64,000 nt of DNA, from assembly GCA_963828605.1 (NCBI GenBank), contig CAWHER010000003.1, positions 194,871 through 258,870 of the forward strand, given 5' to 3'. The first letter of the stretch is position 1; every line of letters starts with the position of its first letter. A program made the translations under genes and the position numbers. The notes beneath the pieces were generated by a model. It was not told where the DNA came from. It saw only the letters and a list, made by a program, of their open reading frames with translations, and did not search any database. This DNA is from an uncultured Actinomycetota bacterium. GTDB taxonomy: Bacteria > Actinomycetota > Actinomycetes > Mycobacteriales > QHCD01. Below are positions 63,527 to 64,000 of the stretch, in pieces.

Positions 63527-64000
63527 TCAGCCGCACAGCGCGACCGCGCCGCCGTCGTGGTCGTCCAACCGGTGCGGCCCGGCCGCGGCGCCGACCCGGA
63601 ACCGGTCCCCGTGCACCGCCCGCCGGCGGCCGTCCGGGCCGACCAGCAGGGTGCCGTCGGCGCCGAGGGCGACCAGTTCGTCGCCGACGCGCAGCAGCAC
63701 CGGCGCATCGCGGCCGGCACTGACCGCGGTCCGGCCGGCGGCCAGGCCGGCGAGCACCGCGTCCACGCCGTCGTCCGCGCAGAGCACCCAGGTCGTCGGA
63801 ATGCCCGGCGGGTGCCCCTCGGCCGGGTTGTGGAAGTCGCTGCCGCCGATCGGTACGACGTCGCGGTCCCAGGCCTCCCACCAGGCCACCGGACCGCCCC
63901 ACCGGGTGTCGAGCCAGCTCCAGTGCCAGATCTCGGCCAGGGGCGGCCGCCGGTCCAGCGACTGGCGCCAGGCGCAGTCGGCGGCGAGCGGGTGGTTGAT
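63527..64000 (-). CDS. PHP-domain metallohydrolase (CehA/McbA-like), C-terminal part; 5' end outside window
   Basis: The frame is open to the window edge (INHPLAADCAWRQSLDRRPPLAEIWHWSWLDTRWGGPVAWWEAW...PIGGSDFHNPAEGHPPGIPTTWV). The GGSDFH motif is typical of the last PHP metal site. Confidence 0.6.
   Translation of the reverse strand: MNHPLAADCAWRQSLDRRPPLAEIWHWSWLDTRWGGPVAWWEAWDRDVVPIGGSDFHNPAEGHPPGIPTTWVLCADDGVDAVLAGLAAGRTAVSAGRDAPVLLRVGDELVALGADGTLLVGPDGRRRAVHGDRFRVGAAAGPHRLDDHDGGAVALCG

Noticed and set aside
1-64000. Mobile genetic element, prophage, genomic island or defence system spanning part of the window.
   Set aside because: I found no integrase, transposase, recombinase, phage structural gene, restriction-modification, toxin-antitoxin or cas-like ORF in any frame. 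I found no tRNA gene or flanking direct repeats. The only repeat family is the 58-bp hairpin.

Overview
By eye this is a very GC-rich (roughly 70% or more, not computed) actinobacterial-type chromosomal segment. I count about 60 protein genes and see no rRNA, tRNA, CRISPR array, IS element or prophage. Content is mixed housekeeping and accessory metabolism:
- ArsR-CDF metal efflux pair, polysaccharide deacetylase lipoprotein, GTP-PEPCK.
- Sugar-acid cluster: RraA-like, ManD-like enolase, UxuA, epimerase.
- PaaI thioesterase and a TldD/PmbA pair.
- HtrA-like protease, GGT and a beta-propeller, followed by an OmpR/HK two-component system.
- OYE reductase, PiT transporter, and a hydrolase / MerB-like / MerR unit.
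- Enolase-family dehydratase, ankyrin protein, SDR, GNAT, efeUOB, nucleoside hydrolase, LtrA.
- Divergent Lrp-EamA pair, two tandem paralogous polytopic membrane proteins, GH2.
- LMW-PTP, fructosamine kinase, DrrAB-like ABC exporter with a TetR regulator, LysR-YeiH pair.
- A LacI-controlled GH130/ABC/Gfo-Idh-MocA/Eis-like locus, a lipase and an IMPase.

The observations most worth a second look:
1. A family of four near-identical 58-bp hairpin elements, each just downstream of a + strand gene.
2. Two near-duplicate MerR-type promoters with long spacers. One drives the OYE gene and the other points antisense into the merR gene.
3. A tandem duplication of a roughly 600-aa membrane protein gene that includes its promoter and leader.
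4. Six discrete patches in which otherwise well-conserved genes carry many single-base frameshifts, while 14-19 kb stretches elsewhere are clean. The few lesions I could localise sit in G/C homopolymer runs. I cannot distinguish assembly error from real decay from the sequence alone.

Everything here comes from reading the sequence and the ORF track. Family calls rest on recognised motifs, not searches. Boundaries of frameshifted genes are approximate.
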